From contig JBKJLC010000235.1 in assembly GCA_046597055.1 (NCBI GenBank), positions 1-34,734 on the forward strand: DNA of 34,734 nucleotides. The letters are read 5' to 3'. The DNA is from Kofleriaceae bacterium. GTDB taxonomy: Bacteria; Myxococcota_A; Polyangia; Haliangiales; Haliangiaceae. This document shows, one piece after another, positions 25,997 through 34,734 of the stretch (within the stretch, counting starts at the first letter, position 1; each line of letters opens with the position of its first letter). Position numbers and translations under genes: made by a program. The notes under the pieces were generated by a model. That model worked only from the letters and a program-made list of their open reading frames with translations, was not told the DNA's origin and did not search any database.

Positions 25997-27186
25997 TCGC
26001 TGCCTGCGGGCTGGCGCCGGTCCTCGTCGCGCCCGCGGCGTGGGCGGATTCGCCGGTGCGCGCGACCCCGGTCGCGCCGGTCGCGCCGGTCGCGGTGGTC
26101 GCCGTGGTCGATGCCCGCGCGCCGTCGCCGCAGGCCGAAGCCAGCCACGCGCGCTTCGTCGCCGCGCTGGCCGCGGTCAACGGCGTCGCCGTGATCACCG
26201 ACGAGCGGGCCACGGCGCTGGCCGGGCGGGTGGTGGATGCCGACGATCGGCTCGCCGCCGAGGCGCTGGCCGAGGCCCGCGACGGGTTCGGCGCGCTCGA
26301 CTGCGGGCGGGCCCGCCCGGCCGCCGAGGACGCGGTGCGGCTGCTCGCCGGCCGCCAGGCGGCGGGCCTCGACGAGGGGCCGCGGCTGACCGCGGCCTGG
26401 ACCTACGTGCTGCTGTGCGCCGAGCGCGACGGCGATCCGTCGGCGGCGCGGGCCGCGGCCGATCGGCTACGCGCGCTGGGCGGGAGCCCGGGGGTGCCCG
26501 CCGATCTTTGGGCGAAGTATCCGGACATCGACGTCACCGTCGACCGCGACATCGTCGCGCTCACGGTCACCGGGCCGGCCGGCGCGACGATCTGGGTGGA
26601 TCACACCCGGGTCGGCCCGGCGCCGGTGACCACCTTCGTCGCCGCCGGCAAGCACCTGATCGCCGCCGCCACCGGCTCGGTGCGGGGCTCGACCGTGGTC
26701 ACCGCCCACGCCAAGCCCGCGACCGTGGTGGTGCCGGTCGAGGAGCGCCGCGCGCGCTTCGCCGGCATCGCCGGGCAGGTCGCGGCCTGGCAGGTCGGCG
26801 ACCCGCCGACCGCGGTCGAGCTCACCGAGGTGATGGCGGCGCTCGAGGTCCGCTTCGTGGTCGTGCTCGGCGCCGGCAACGAGGCCGCGCTGTGGGTCCG
26901 CGCGCCCCGCTCGCCGACCGTGCAGCGGGTCGCCCGGGGCTCGCTCGACAACCCGCTCGCGGTCGGCAACGCGGTGGTCGAGCGGGCGAGCTACTGGACC
27001 GAGGGCGGCCCCGATCCCGACCGCCCGCTCCTCACCGAGACCGACCACCCCGAGCCGTCGCGGGCCGACGGACCGACCCAGTGGTGGATCTACGCGGCGA
27101 TCGGCGGCGCGCTCGCCACCGGCGCCCTCACCCTCTACGCGCTGGAGGCCGGCACCGACCAGCAGCGCATCGAGCTCGACTTCTGA
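25993..27186 (+). CDS. Exported hypothetical protein with a PEGA-like segment and C-terminal hydrophobic helix
   Basis: GTGA overlap (alternative ATG 25963); signal peptide; P.GATIWVD...VG.AP......GKH; WWIYAAIGG. Confidence 0.7.
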   Translation: MIAACGLAPVLVAPAAWADSPVRATPVAPVAPVAVVAVVDARAPSPQAEASHARFVAALAAVNGVAVITDERATALAGRVVDADDRLAAEALAEARDGFGALDCGRARPAAEDAVRLLAGRQAAGLDEGPRLTAAWTYVLLCAERDGDPSAARAAADRLRALGGSPGVPADLWAKYPDIDVTVDRDIVALTVTGPAGATIWVDHTRVGPAPVTTFVAAGKHLIAAATGSVRGSTVVTAHAKPATVVVPVEERRARFAGIAGQVAAWQVGDPPTAVELTEVMAALEVRFVVVLGAGNEAALWVRAPRSPTVQRVARGSLDNPLAVGNAVVERASYWTEGGPDPDRPLLTETDHPEPSRADGPTQWWIYAAIGGALATGALTLYALEAGTDQQRIELDF

Positions 27187-28358
27187 TGAAGCGCCTCCTC
27201 ACCACCCTGCTCGTCCTCGGCGCGCTGCTCGGGTTCCCCGGCCGCGCCCACGCCGAGCGCCTGCCGATCACGGTCGACCGGGGCCAGATCGTCGTGCACG
27301 CCGCCGCCGGGCTGGGCGCCGAAGCGGCCGGGCTCGCCGATCGAGCGGTCGACACGCTGCCCGCGATCGCCGAAGACCTGCAAGACCTGCCCGGGCCGCG
27401 TCGGATCGAGATCCGCCTGGTCCACGACTCCGCCGATCTCCCGTCGGTGGCACCGCCCGGGCGGGGCGCGCCGCGCTGGGCCGCCGGCGTCGCCTATCCC
27501 GACGCGGGGGTGGTCGCGGTCGCGATGCGCCGCGGCGCGAACGTGCACGACGTCGTCAAGACGCTCGACCACGAGCTGGCCCACCTCGCGCTCGGCGCGG
27601 CGATCCCCGACGCGCCCCGCTGGCTGCACGAGGGCTTCGCCTGGCAGCACGCCACCGATCTCGATCTCGCGCGCGCCGAGACCCTCACCGGCATGGCGTG
27701 GTTCGGCGGCGTGATCCCGATGGACGAGCTCGAGGCCGGCTTCCCCGCCGAGGAGCTGCCGGCCTCGCGCGCCTACGCGCAGAGCTACGACTTCGTCGGC
27801 TTCCTGGCCCAGCGCGGCCGCTGGGCCGACGCCAACGACGACGGCGATCGCTGGCCGTTCCGCCGGTTCCTGCGCGCGCTGGCGCACGGCGCCACCGTCG
27901 ACGACGCGGCGCTCGAGGCCTACGGGGTCCCGATCGACCAGCTGTTCCTCGAGTGGAAGGCCGACCTGGTCCGCCGCTACCTCACGGTGCCGTCGAGCGT
28001 GTTCGCATCGGTCCTGTGGATCTTCGCCGCGGTGCTGCTGGTGATCGCCTATTACCGCCGCCGCCACCGGACCCGCGCCCAGATCGCGCGCTGGTCACGC
28101 GAGGAAGCGGCCGCCGACCGGACCCGCGAGGAGCGCGACCGCCGCCCGCTCCAGCCGATCGTACGCCTGCGTGTCCCGCCCCACGTGCCATGGCCGGGCA
28201 CGACCGATCCGCTCGACGAGCGCACCGAGCGCGAGGGCGACCTCGAGGACCTGCGCACGCGCTACCCCGACGCCGTCGTCGGCGACGGCCCCGGCGACGA
28301 CGAACCGGCCGAAGACGGCGACGAGCCCGCGCCCAAGCCACCGCGCTGGATCAACTGA
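27186..28358 (+). CDS. Peptidase MA-like zinc metalloprotein with a C-terminal TM helix
   Basis: TGATG overlap; signal peptide; HELAH...PRWLHEGFA; AYAQS. Confidence 0.85.
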   Translation: MKRLLTTLLVLGALLGFPGRAHAERLPITVDRGQIVVHAAAGLGAEAAGLADRAVDTLPAIAEDLQDLPGPRRIEIRLVHDSADLPSVAPPGRGAPRWAAGVAYPDAGVVAVAMRRGANVHDVVKTLDHELAHLALGAAIPDAPRWLHEGFAWQHATDLDLARAETLTGMAWFGGVIPMDELEAGFPAEELPASRAYAQSYDFVGFLAQRGRWADANDDGDRWPFRRFLRALAHGATVDDAALEAYGVPIDQLFLEWKADLVRRYLTVPSSVFASVLWIFAAVLLVIAYYRRRHRTRAQIARWSREEAAADRTREERDRRPLQPIVRLRVPPHVPWPGTTDPLDERTEREGDLEDLRTRYPDAVVGDGPGDDEPAEDGDEPAPKPPRWIN

Positions 28359-28649
28359 CCCGGCCAGCCATTCCGGTTCCAGCGCTGCGTGGATCCGGTG
28401 CTTCGCCCTGCTCGCCGTGGTCCAGGTGGCCGGCGAAGGACGCGCCGTCGCGCCGACCCTGCGCGCCGACGCTCGCTCGCTGACGAGGTCTCGAAGCGCG
28501 CTGCCATCGCGGAATCTGCGAGCGATCCGCCGGGGCTGCCCTCCCGCGCGCGATTCACACGGCGCCGGAAGCGCACGGTCGTCGCTCGGGCTTTACGGAC
28601 CCGAGGCCGCCTGTGAGCCACCACCACCGTTCCCGGTCCGGATGGGTCG

Positions 28650-28961
28650 TCAGCTCCGGAACACGCCGTGCACCCACCCGTCTCGATGCTGCGTCGCCGC
28701 GCCGAGCTGCTCGAGCGCCCGCATGACGCACCAGTCGAGCATCGTGAGCCGGGTGCCGCGAAGCAAGATCAACGCGCGCCCTGCGATCCCGGGGTTCAGC
28801 TCCAGCTCGGTCACCGCCCTGCCGGCCCGGACCATGATGGCCGCGCCGCGATGGATCTCGATCGCGACGGGTGGCCCGACGAAGGCCTCGATGGCGACGC
28901 CGATCGCCTCGACCGGGGGCACGGCACCGGCGGGAAAGTCGAACATCATCGCGGCCTGCAT
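28650..28961 (-). CDS. Hypothetical protein (103 aa)
   Basis: Protein-like composition; TAGCCT 6 nt before the ATG; no recognised domain. Confidence 0.6.
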   Translation of the reverse strand: MQAAMMFDFPAGAVPPVEAIGVAIEAFVGPPVAIEIHRGAAIMVRAGRAVTELELNPGIAGRALILLRGTRLTMLDWCVMRALEQLGAATQHRDGWVHGVFRS

Positions 28962-29052
28962 TCCGCGAGGCTAACGCACCGAAGTCCGGTCGCGCCACGC
29001 CTTCCGAGGGCCCGAGAGGTCGAAGGGCGCCCTCCAGCCGGAGGCGGGCAGC

Positions 29053-32000
29053 CTACGCCGGGTGGACGTAGACGAAGTCGGACGGTGGCTCGAACCGGTA
29101 GCCGTCCTCGGTGACGCGGATGATCTCGGCGCCGTCTTCGCCGAGCAGGCGGCGGATGCGCATGATGTTGGTGAACAGCGCGGCGTCGTGGCGCAGCGGG
29201 TGGTAGGCGACGTTCCACACGGTCTGCACGATCTCTTCTTTCGAGAAGGTGCGGTTGGGCGCGGCCGCGAACAGGAACAGCAGCTTCTTGAGCAGGCTGC
29301 GACGGCGCAGGTCGGCGAGCTCGGTGCCCTTGCGCCAGATGGTCTCGCGGACGGCGTCGACCGCGAGGGTCCGGGTCGACAGGCGCAGCACCTCGGGGTC
29401 GGCGTCGGCGATCTCGCTGACCAGGCCGGCAGCGTCAACGATCCGGAACGGGCGGATCGCGGTCAGGCCGAGGTCGGTGAGCAGGCGGCCGGCCGCCTCG
29501 ATCGCGTGCTGGGTCATCGCGGCGGCCGCGCCCGAGCCGCCGACGGCGTAGGGATCGCCGCCGGTGATCGCATCGAGGGCGGCGGTCGCCGCCAGGCGCT
29601 CGACCGGCAGCCCGGCGTGCTGCGCGAGATCGGCAGCGTCGCGCGCGTAGGTGGCGGCCGAGGTGAGGTCGCCGTCGTCGCGGGCGAGCGAGGCGAGCGC
29701 GAGCAGCGCGTGGGCGCGCGACCGGATCAGCCCGGCGACCGCGGCCTCGCGGGCCGCGCGGCTGGCCTGGGCGCGGGCGCCGGCGCGATCGCCCTTGGCG
29801 AGCTCGAGGCGACAGCCGACCACGAGGGCCTCGGCCAGATCCGCGGCGCGGCCCGAGCGCTCGGCGGCGGCGGCGACCCGGCGGGCGGCCGACAGCGCGC
29901 GCCCGATGTCGCCGGCGGCGGTGGCGACCCGCGCCTCGGCGAGATCGCGCTCGAGCTCGCTGACCAGCTCGTCGGAGCCGGCGCTGCGGCCGGCGTCGAC
30001 CGCGCCGGCGCGCTGGCCGGAGGCGGCCCGGGCCTCGGCCGACAGCTGGGCGGCGCGGACCGCCGAGCTGGCCGGGAGCGCCTGCGAGGCGGTGAGGCGC
30101 TCGAGCGCCTCGCGGGCGCGATCGAGGCGCATCTCGCCGAGATCGACCGCGGCCAGCACGACCGACGCGCGATCGGCGAGCGCGGCCAGGCCGAGCCGGG
30201 TCGACTGCGAGCGGGCCGCGGTGGCGAGCTCGGCCGCGCGCGACAGATCGCCCCGGCGCATCTCGACCTCGGCCAGCGACAGCTCGGCCAGGAGCGCGCC
30301 CAGCTCGTCGCCGCGAGCGCGGCGGGCGACCACGTTGGCCGACAGCCGGCGCACCGCGCCCTCGCAGTCGCCGTGCATCAGGTCGAGGGCGGCGCGGGTC
30401 TCGTTGATCTGCTCGACCACCGGCACCGCATCGAGGCCGCGGGTGCGGGCGAGCGCGTCGTCGAGCGCGGCGCGAGCCTCGCCCAGCCGGCCCTCGCGGG
30501 CGAGGCAACCGGCGCGGCGGGCCTCGATGGTCGCGCCGAGCTCGTCGGACGCCGCGTCGCTCGACGCGAGCGCGCCAGCGGCGCGGGTCAGGGTGGCCCG
30601 GACCGCGGTCGGGTGGCCCTCGTGTTCGTCGACCGCGGCGAGCGCGACCAGGAGGTGCGCCCGCCCCTCGGGCAGCACCGCGGCCTTGAGCGCGCCGTCG
30701 ATCCGCGTGCGGGCGTCGGCCGGCCGGCCGCGCAGGAGGTCGAGCTCGGCGTGCATCGCGGCGCCGCGCGCGTAGGCCACCGTCGGGCCGATCGGGATCG
30801 CGGCCAGCCGGCGGATCGCGCCATCGATATCGCCGCCGGCCAGGGCCAGCTCGGCCGCGAGCACCGGCGACACCCCGATCGCGCCGGCGGCGGCCAGCCG
30901 CTCGCTCGCCTCGGCCACCCGGCCGGCCCGCGCCGCGAGCTCGACCAGCAACACCGCCAGCTCGGGGTCGGCGCTCGGCCCGATCGCGGCGATCAGGCTC
31001 TCGACCTCACCGCCGGCGCCACGCCGGGCCAGCACGTCGGCGTGCTCGGTCAGCCGCTTGATCGCCTCGGCCACCTCGCCGGCCGCGAGGTGGTGCAAGA
31101 CCGCCTCCCGCAGGCGATCGACCAGATCGAGCGCGACCAGGGCACCGTCGTCGGTGGAGCCGGGCGCGACGAGGCGGGCCGCGGCGCGCTCGAGCGGCAG
31201 CCGCTCCTCGATCGTGAGCGCCGCCATGACCTGGTCCTGCACCAGATCGTGGACGCGCAACCGGCCGGCGTCGTCGCAGTCGACCAGCTGGCGCGCGACC
31301 AGCCCGGTCACCGCCTCGTCGTACGCGGCCGCCGCCACCTCGGGCGCCAGCGCGGCCACTGCCGCCGGCAGGACCGGCAACCGCAGCACCGCGAGCACCG
31401 CCAGCACCCGCCGGGCGTCCTGACCGAGCGCTGGCAACGACCAGGCGTCGTCGCCGAAGCGCGCGCGGGCGTACTCGCGACGGAGCAGCAGCGGCAGGCC
31501 GCGGGTGCGCAGCAGCGCGGGCGCGACCTCGCCGGCGGGGCCATACGCGTCGACCAGGCCGCGCCACAGCGCCTCGGCGCTGGCGTCGTCGAGGCCGCCC
31601 AGCTCGAGCTCGTTGCGATCGAGATCCCCCGGCAGCAGGAGCGGCTCGCGGGCGACCGCGATCACGCGCCCGAGCGCGTCCGCGGCCGGCGCCAGCGCGG
31701 CGATCAGGCGCGCCGCCTCGTCGGGCGGCAGGTGGTGGAGGTCGTCGATGACGAGGAGCTGGGACTCCTGCGCCAGCGCCTCGGCCATGCCGCCGGGCGG
31801 GCAGCGCAGCTTGCGCTCGGCGCGCGACCGCACCGCCGGCGCGCGCTCGCCGGGGAAGCAGCGCACCATCGTCGTCGTCACCTCGAGCATGAGCGCGAGG
31901 TGCTCGAGCAGCGAGGTCTTGCCGGCGCCGATCGAGCCATACAGCACGGCGAGCGGCGCGCCGGCGAGGTGCTCGCGAAGCTCGGTGAGCTCGGGCTCGC

Positions 32001-32073
32001 GTCCGACGAACGAAGGTGGCCCCGGCACGCGCCGGTGCGGCGGCTGCATCGTCGTGGCACGGCGTCGGCTCAT
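29053..32073 (-). CDS. STAND/MalT-like regulator: P-loop NTPase, TPR-like helical repeats, C-terminal OmpR-type winged helix
   Basis: FVGRE.EL, GSIGAGKT, LLVIDDLH; Ala/Leu/Arg helical repeats; SKEEI...VW...NI.RIRRLL.....I.....GYRF; alternative start 32049. Confidence 0.85.
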   Translation of the reverse strand: MSRRRATTMQPPHRRVPGPPSFVGREPELTELREHLAGAPLAVLYGSIGAGKTSLLEHLALMLEVTTTMVRCFPGERAPAVRSRAERKLRCPPGGMAEALAQESQLLVIDDLHHLPPDEAARLIAALAPAADALGRVIAVAREPLLLPGDLDRNELELGGLDDASAEALWRGLVDAYGPAGEVAPALLRTRGLPLLLRREYARARFGDDAWSLPALGQDARRVLAVLAVLRLPVLPAAVAALAPEVAAAAYDEAVTGLVARQLVDCDDAGRLRVHDLVQDQVMAALTIEERLPLERAAARLVAPGSTDDGALVALDLVDRLREAVLHHLAAGEVAEAIKRLTEHADVLARRGAGGEVESLIAAIGPSADPELAVLLVELAARAGRVAEASERLAAAGAIGVSPVLAAELALAGGDIDGAIRRLAAIPIGPTVAYARGAAMHAELDLLRGRPADARTRIDGALKAAVLPEGRAHLLVALAAVDEHEGHPTAVRATLTRAAGALASSDAASDELGATIEARRAGCLAREGRLGEARAALDDALARTRGLDAVPVVEQINETRAALDLMHGDCEGAVRRLSANVVARRARGDELGALLAELSLAEVEMRRGDLSRAAELATAARSQSTRLGLAALADRASVVLAAVDLGEMRLDRAREALERLTASQALPASSAVRAAQLSAEARAASGQRAGAVDAGRSAGSDELVSELERDLAEARVATAAGDIGRALSAARRVAAAAERSGRAADLAEALVVGCRLELAKGDRAGARAQASRAAREAAVAGLIRSRAHALLALASLARDDGDLTSAATYARDAADLAQHAGLPVERLAATAALDAITGGDPYAVGGSGAAAAMTQHAIEAAGRLLTDLGLTAIRPFRIVDAAGLVSEIADADPEVLRLSTRTLAVDAVRETIWRKGTELADLRRRSLLKKLLFLFAAAPNRTFSKEEIVQTVWNVAYHPLRHDAALFTNIMRIRRLLGEDGAEIIRVTEDGYRFEPPSDFVYVHPA

Positions 32074-32098
32074 GAGGGGCACGTCGCGGTAACGTTTA

Positions 32099-32114
32099 CG
32101 CAAGCCTCGTGCCG
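32099..32114 (-). promoter_or_regulatory. Sigma54 promoter of the STAND regulator
   Basis: Minus strand CGGCACG-AGGC-TTGCG, near-consensus TGGCACG-N4-TTGC. Confidence 0.75.
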
Positions 32115-32326
32115 CTGCGACGCCGCGTCGTCGCACGCGCAGATGGTGATGGTAGCAGAGCTTTTTGTTTGCACGGCGCGCGCTGCTGCGACGAACGAGT
32201 CTCGATCGGGCTCGCCGCTGGGGAGTTTCGCCACGGACGCGCGCCCACATGTGCGCCTGGAACCGACGGCCGTCACCGCCTGCGTCGGCGGCCTCTTTCG
32301 AGCGCCAGCGCCGCCTCGCGTCGCGG

Positions 32327-33775
32327 TCAGCGGGTCAGCGCGAGCAGCCGCGCGCGGGTGTCGTCCACCGCGGCGGTCTCGTCGGCCGGCTGGCACAGGT
32401 AGCGCTCGAGCGTCGGCTGCCGGGTCACCGCCTCGTCGAGCGCGCGATCGCCACCGGGCTTGTAGGCGCCGACCTGGAGCAGGTCGCGGTGCTCCTCGTA
32501 GGTCGCGAGCCAGCGGCGGGCCTTGGCGGCGGCCGCGCGCTGGTCGGCCGGAGCCAGCCGCCCGAACAGCCGCGACACGCTGGCAGTCACGTCGATCGGC
32601 GGGAAGTGGCCGCGGGCGGCGAGCCGGCGCTCGAGCACGATGTGGCCGTCGACGATGCCGCGGACCTCGTCGGCGACCGGCTCGTCGAGGTCGTTGCCGG
32701 CGACCAGCACCGCGTAGATCGCCGTGATCGATCCGCGCGCGGCGGTGCCGGTGCGCTCGACCAGCCGGGGCAGCAGGGCGAACGCGCTGGGCGGATAGCC
32801 GTGGCGCGCCGGCGGCTCGCCGACCGACAGCCCGACCTCGCGCTGGGCCCGGGCCACCCGGGTCAGGGAGTCGAGCAGCAGGAGCACCCGCGCGCCCTGG
32901 TCGCGGAAGTACTCGGCGGTCGCGGTCGCGACCGAGGCCGCGCGGACCCGCACCAGGCTGGGCGCGTCGCTGGTCGCGCACACCACCACGGTCCGGGCGC
33001 GGGCCGGGCCGAGCGCCCCGATCCAGTCGCCGAGCTCGCGGCCGCGCTCGCCGACCAGGCCGAGCACGATCACGTCAGCGTCGGCGGTGCGCGCGAGCTG
33101 GGTGAGCAGGGTCGACTTGCCGACGCCGGCCGCGGCGAACACGCCGACCCGCTGGCCCTCGCCGAGGGTGAGGAAGCCGTCGATCGCGCGCACGCCGGTC
33201 GCGAGCGGTCGGGTGATCGGCGCCCGGGTCAGCGCAGGCGGGGCCGCGCGCTCGACCGGCCAGCGCACGCCCTCGATCGCGGCGCCGTCGAGCGGGCGGC
33301 CCAGCCCGTCGATCACGCGACCGAGCAGCGCCGGCCCGCACGCGAACGTGAGCGGCGCGCCGGTGGCGATCACGGGCGCGCCCGGCGACAGCCCGGTCAG
33401 GTCGCCGAGCGGCATCAGCAGCACGTCGTCGCCGCGGAAGCCGACCACCTCGGCCGGCAGCGGCTCACCGGCGCGCCCGAGCATCACGATCTCGCCGTGG
33501 GTGACGCCGCCGCAGCGCGCCGACACCAGCAGGCCAACCACGTCGGTGACGTGACCATCGCCGGCCGGCAGGCCGGCATCGCTGCGGACCCGGGCCGCCT
33601 CCGCGCGGGCGGCGGCGACCTGGGCCAGCGCACGCTCGACGTCCTTGCGGGCGACCTCGCGCAGCCCGGCCGCCTCGGCCCGCGCGGCGCGCAGCTCGGC
33701 GGCGGCGGTGTCGCGGATCGTGCCGGCCTCGGCCTCGGCGTCGAAGATGCGCCCGTCGATGATGCGCGCGGTCAC
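32327..33775 (-). CDS. sctN: Type III secretion/flagellar export ATPase (SctN/FliI) with a helical N-terminal extension
   Basis: AEVVGFR, LLGRVIDGLGRP, FAAAGVGKST, GERGRE, DSLTR.ARAQRE, GSITA.Y.VLV, GH.P.ID...SVSR, GAY.PG.D; GTGA overlap with the upstream gene. Confidence 0.9.
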   Translation of the reverse strand: MTARIIDGRIFDAEAEAGTIRDTAAAELRAARAEAAGLREVARKDVERALAQVAAARAEAARVRSDAGLPAGDGHVTDVVGLLVSARCGGVTHGEIVMLGRAGEPLPAEVVGFRGDDVLLMPLGDLTGLSPGAPVIATGAPLTFACGPALLGRVIDGLGRPLDGAAIEGVRWPVERAAPPALTRAPITRPLATGVRAIDGFLTLGEGQRVGVFAAAGVGKSTLLTQLARTADADVIVLGLVGERGRELGDWIGALGPARARTVVVCATSDAPSLVRVRAASVATATAEYFRDQGARVLLLLDSLTRVARAQREVGLSVGEPPARHGYPPSAFALLPRLVERTGTAARGSITAIYAVLVAGNDLDEPVADEVRGIVDGHIVLERRLAARGHFPPIDVTASVSRLFGRLAPADQRAAAAKARRWLATYEEHRDLLQVGAYKPGGDRALDEAVTRQPTLERYLCQPADETAAVDDTRARLLALTR

Positions 33776-34605
33776 GCGCCGACGGTACCACGCGCGATCG
33801 CAGCGTCGATCTCGGCGTCGGTCACCCCGTCGGCGGGCGCGCTCGCGAACGGGCCGGTCAGCTCGAGCGCGGCGACCTGACCGATCGGACGCGGCAGGCG
33901 CTGGGCGAGCTGGCGCGGCAGCTCGCCGTGGCCGGCGCAGCGGGACGCGATCGCGCGCAGCCCGACCACCGGCAGCGCCAGCGGATCGGTCCAGGTCAAC
34001 CCGGTGGTGCGGGCCACCGCGCTGCGCCGGCTGCCGAGCGCGGCCGCCGCGGCGTCGCCGAGCCGACTGACGGTCGCCACCTCGGTGATCAGCAGGATGC
34101 CCCACGGCAGCCGCGCCGCGAGCCCGGCGATCTCGCGCGGCGGCGAGCCGGCGATCGCGTGCGCGAGCTGGCGGCGTCCGAGCACGACGAGCGCCTGGGT
34201 CAGCGCGGCCGGCTCGAGCGCGACCAGCGCGGCAGCCCCGGCACCGGCCGCGTCCATCGGCACCAGCCCACCGAGGAACCAGCGGGCCAGGAACCGGTCG
34301 ACCGGCCGTTCGCCGTCGCCGAGCACCGCCGCGCGCACCGCCGCGCCCTCCCCGGCCAGCGCGTGCTCGACCCAGCTCGGGTGGACCCGGCGCCAGCCGC
34401 GGGGCCGCGCGCGGGTCAGCTCGGCGGTGGCCGCGCCGACCGCGGCCACGGTGACCGCGGCGCCCGGCGCCGCACGCCACCCGCTCGCCAGCGCGCGGGC
34501 CGCCGGTGCGTGGACGCTGTCGACCCGGGCCAGCGCCGCGTCGGCATCCAGCCGGTGGGCCGCGAGCGCCAGCGCGCGCGCGATCGTGGTGGCGGGGGGC
34601 GTCAC
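33772..34605 (-). CDS. Hypothetical protein, SctK-like (T3SS sorting platform candidate)
   Basis: VHPSW motif, LAQRLPR near the C-terminus, translationally coupled to the ATPase; TGC-TAGCCT 6 nt before the GTG. Confidence 0.6.
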   Translation of the reverse strand: MTPPATTIARALALAAHRLDADAALARVDSVHAPAARALASGWRAAPGAAVTVAAVGAATAELTRARPRGWRRVHPSWVEHALAGEGAAVRAAVLGDGERPVDRFLARWFLGGLVPMDAAGAGAAALVALEPAALTQALVVLGRRQLAHAIAGSPPREIAGLAARLPWGILLITEVATVSRLGDAAAAALGSRRSAVARTTGLTWTDPLALPVVGLRAIASRCAGHGELPRQLAQRLPRPIGQVAALELTGPFASAPADGVTDAEIDAAIARGTVGA

Positions 34606-34734
34606 CCGACCAGGCTAGCAGCCCGACCGGTCCCCACGTGGCGCACAAGCAGCTTGCTCAGGGCCCGCGAATGGATAAGTCGATCGACGATCGCGGCCGA
34701 GGCGCCCGGATGGCGAGGCGCGAGGAGGGCGCAT

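Noticed and set aside
28359..28649. Small ORFs or an ncRNA in this gap
   Set aside because: ORFs are Arg/Pro-rich without RBS or motifs; only a weak hairpin (28585-28605) and no recognisable RNA family
33776..34648. 773-aa version of the ATPase in the ORF track
   Set aside because: The upstream part is Arg/Gly/Ala-rich off-frame sequence overlapping the 33772-34605 gene; the GTGA overlap supports a start at 33775

Overview
GC-rich bacterial DNA whose gene content (Ser/Thr kinase, FHA-bearing sigma54 activator, Cys-rich lipoproteins, mfd followed by two PPIases) suggests a myxobacterium (Myxococcota); the taxon is inference. The left ~13 kb is a dense signalling island. It has three sigma54 enhancer-binding proteins (one N-terminally truncated with a FleQ/FlrA-like C-terminus), two REC proteins, a REC-histidine kinase, a Ser/Thr kinase with a PilB/GspE-like N-terminal domain, and flhG-fliA. 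Convergent on fliA is a 53-aa FlgM-like ORF, missing from the ORF track, with a sigma28-like promoter. This amounts to a flagellar-type regulatory cascade with no flagellar structural genes in the window. The middle is mostly housekeeping and envelope genes: biotin carrier, ArsA-like ATPase, GT-C glycosyltransferase, two zincins, PAP2, mfd, two PPIases and a PilZ protein. The right end has a STAND/TPR/wHTH regulator behind a strong sigma54 promoter, and an isolated type III secretion pair: an SctK-like gene and an SctN/FliI ATPase with an apparent SctL-like N-terminus. Non-coding signals include a REP-like palindromic repeat family with one copy in frame inside mfd, several sigma54 motifs, and repeated -10 boxes 5-9 nt before start codons (leaderless pattern). 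All family assignments come from recognising motifs by eye; no searches were run.
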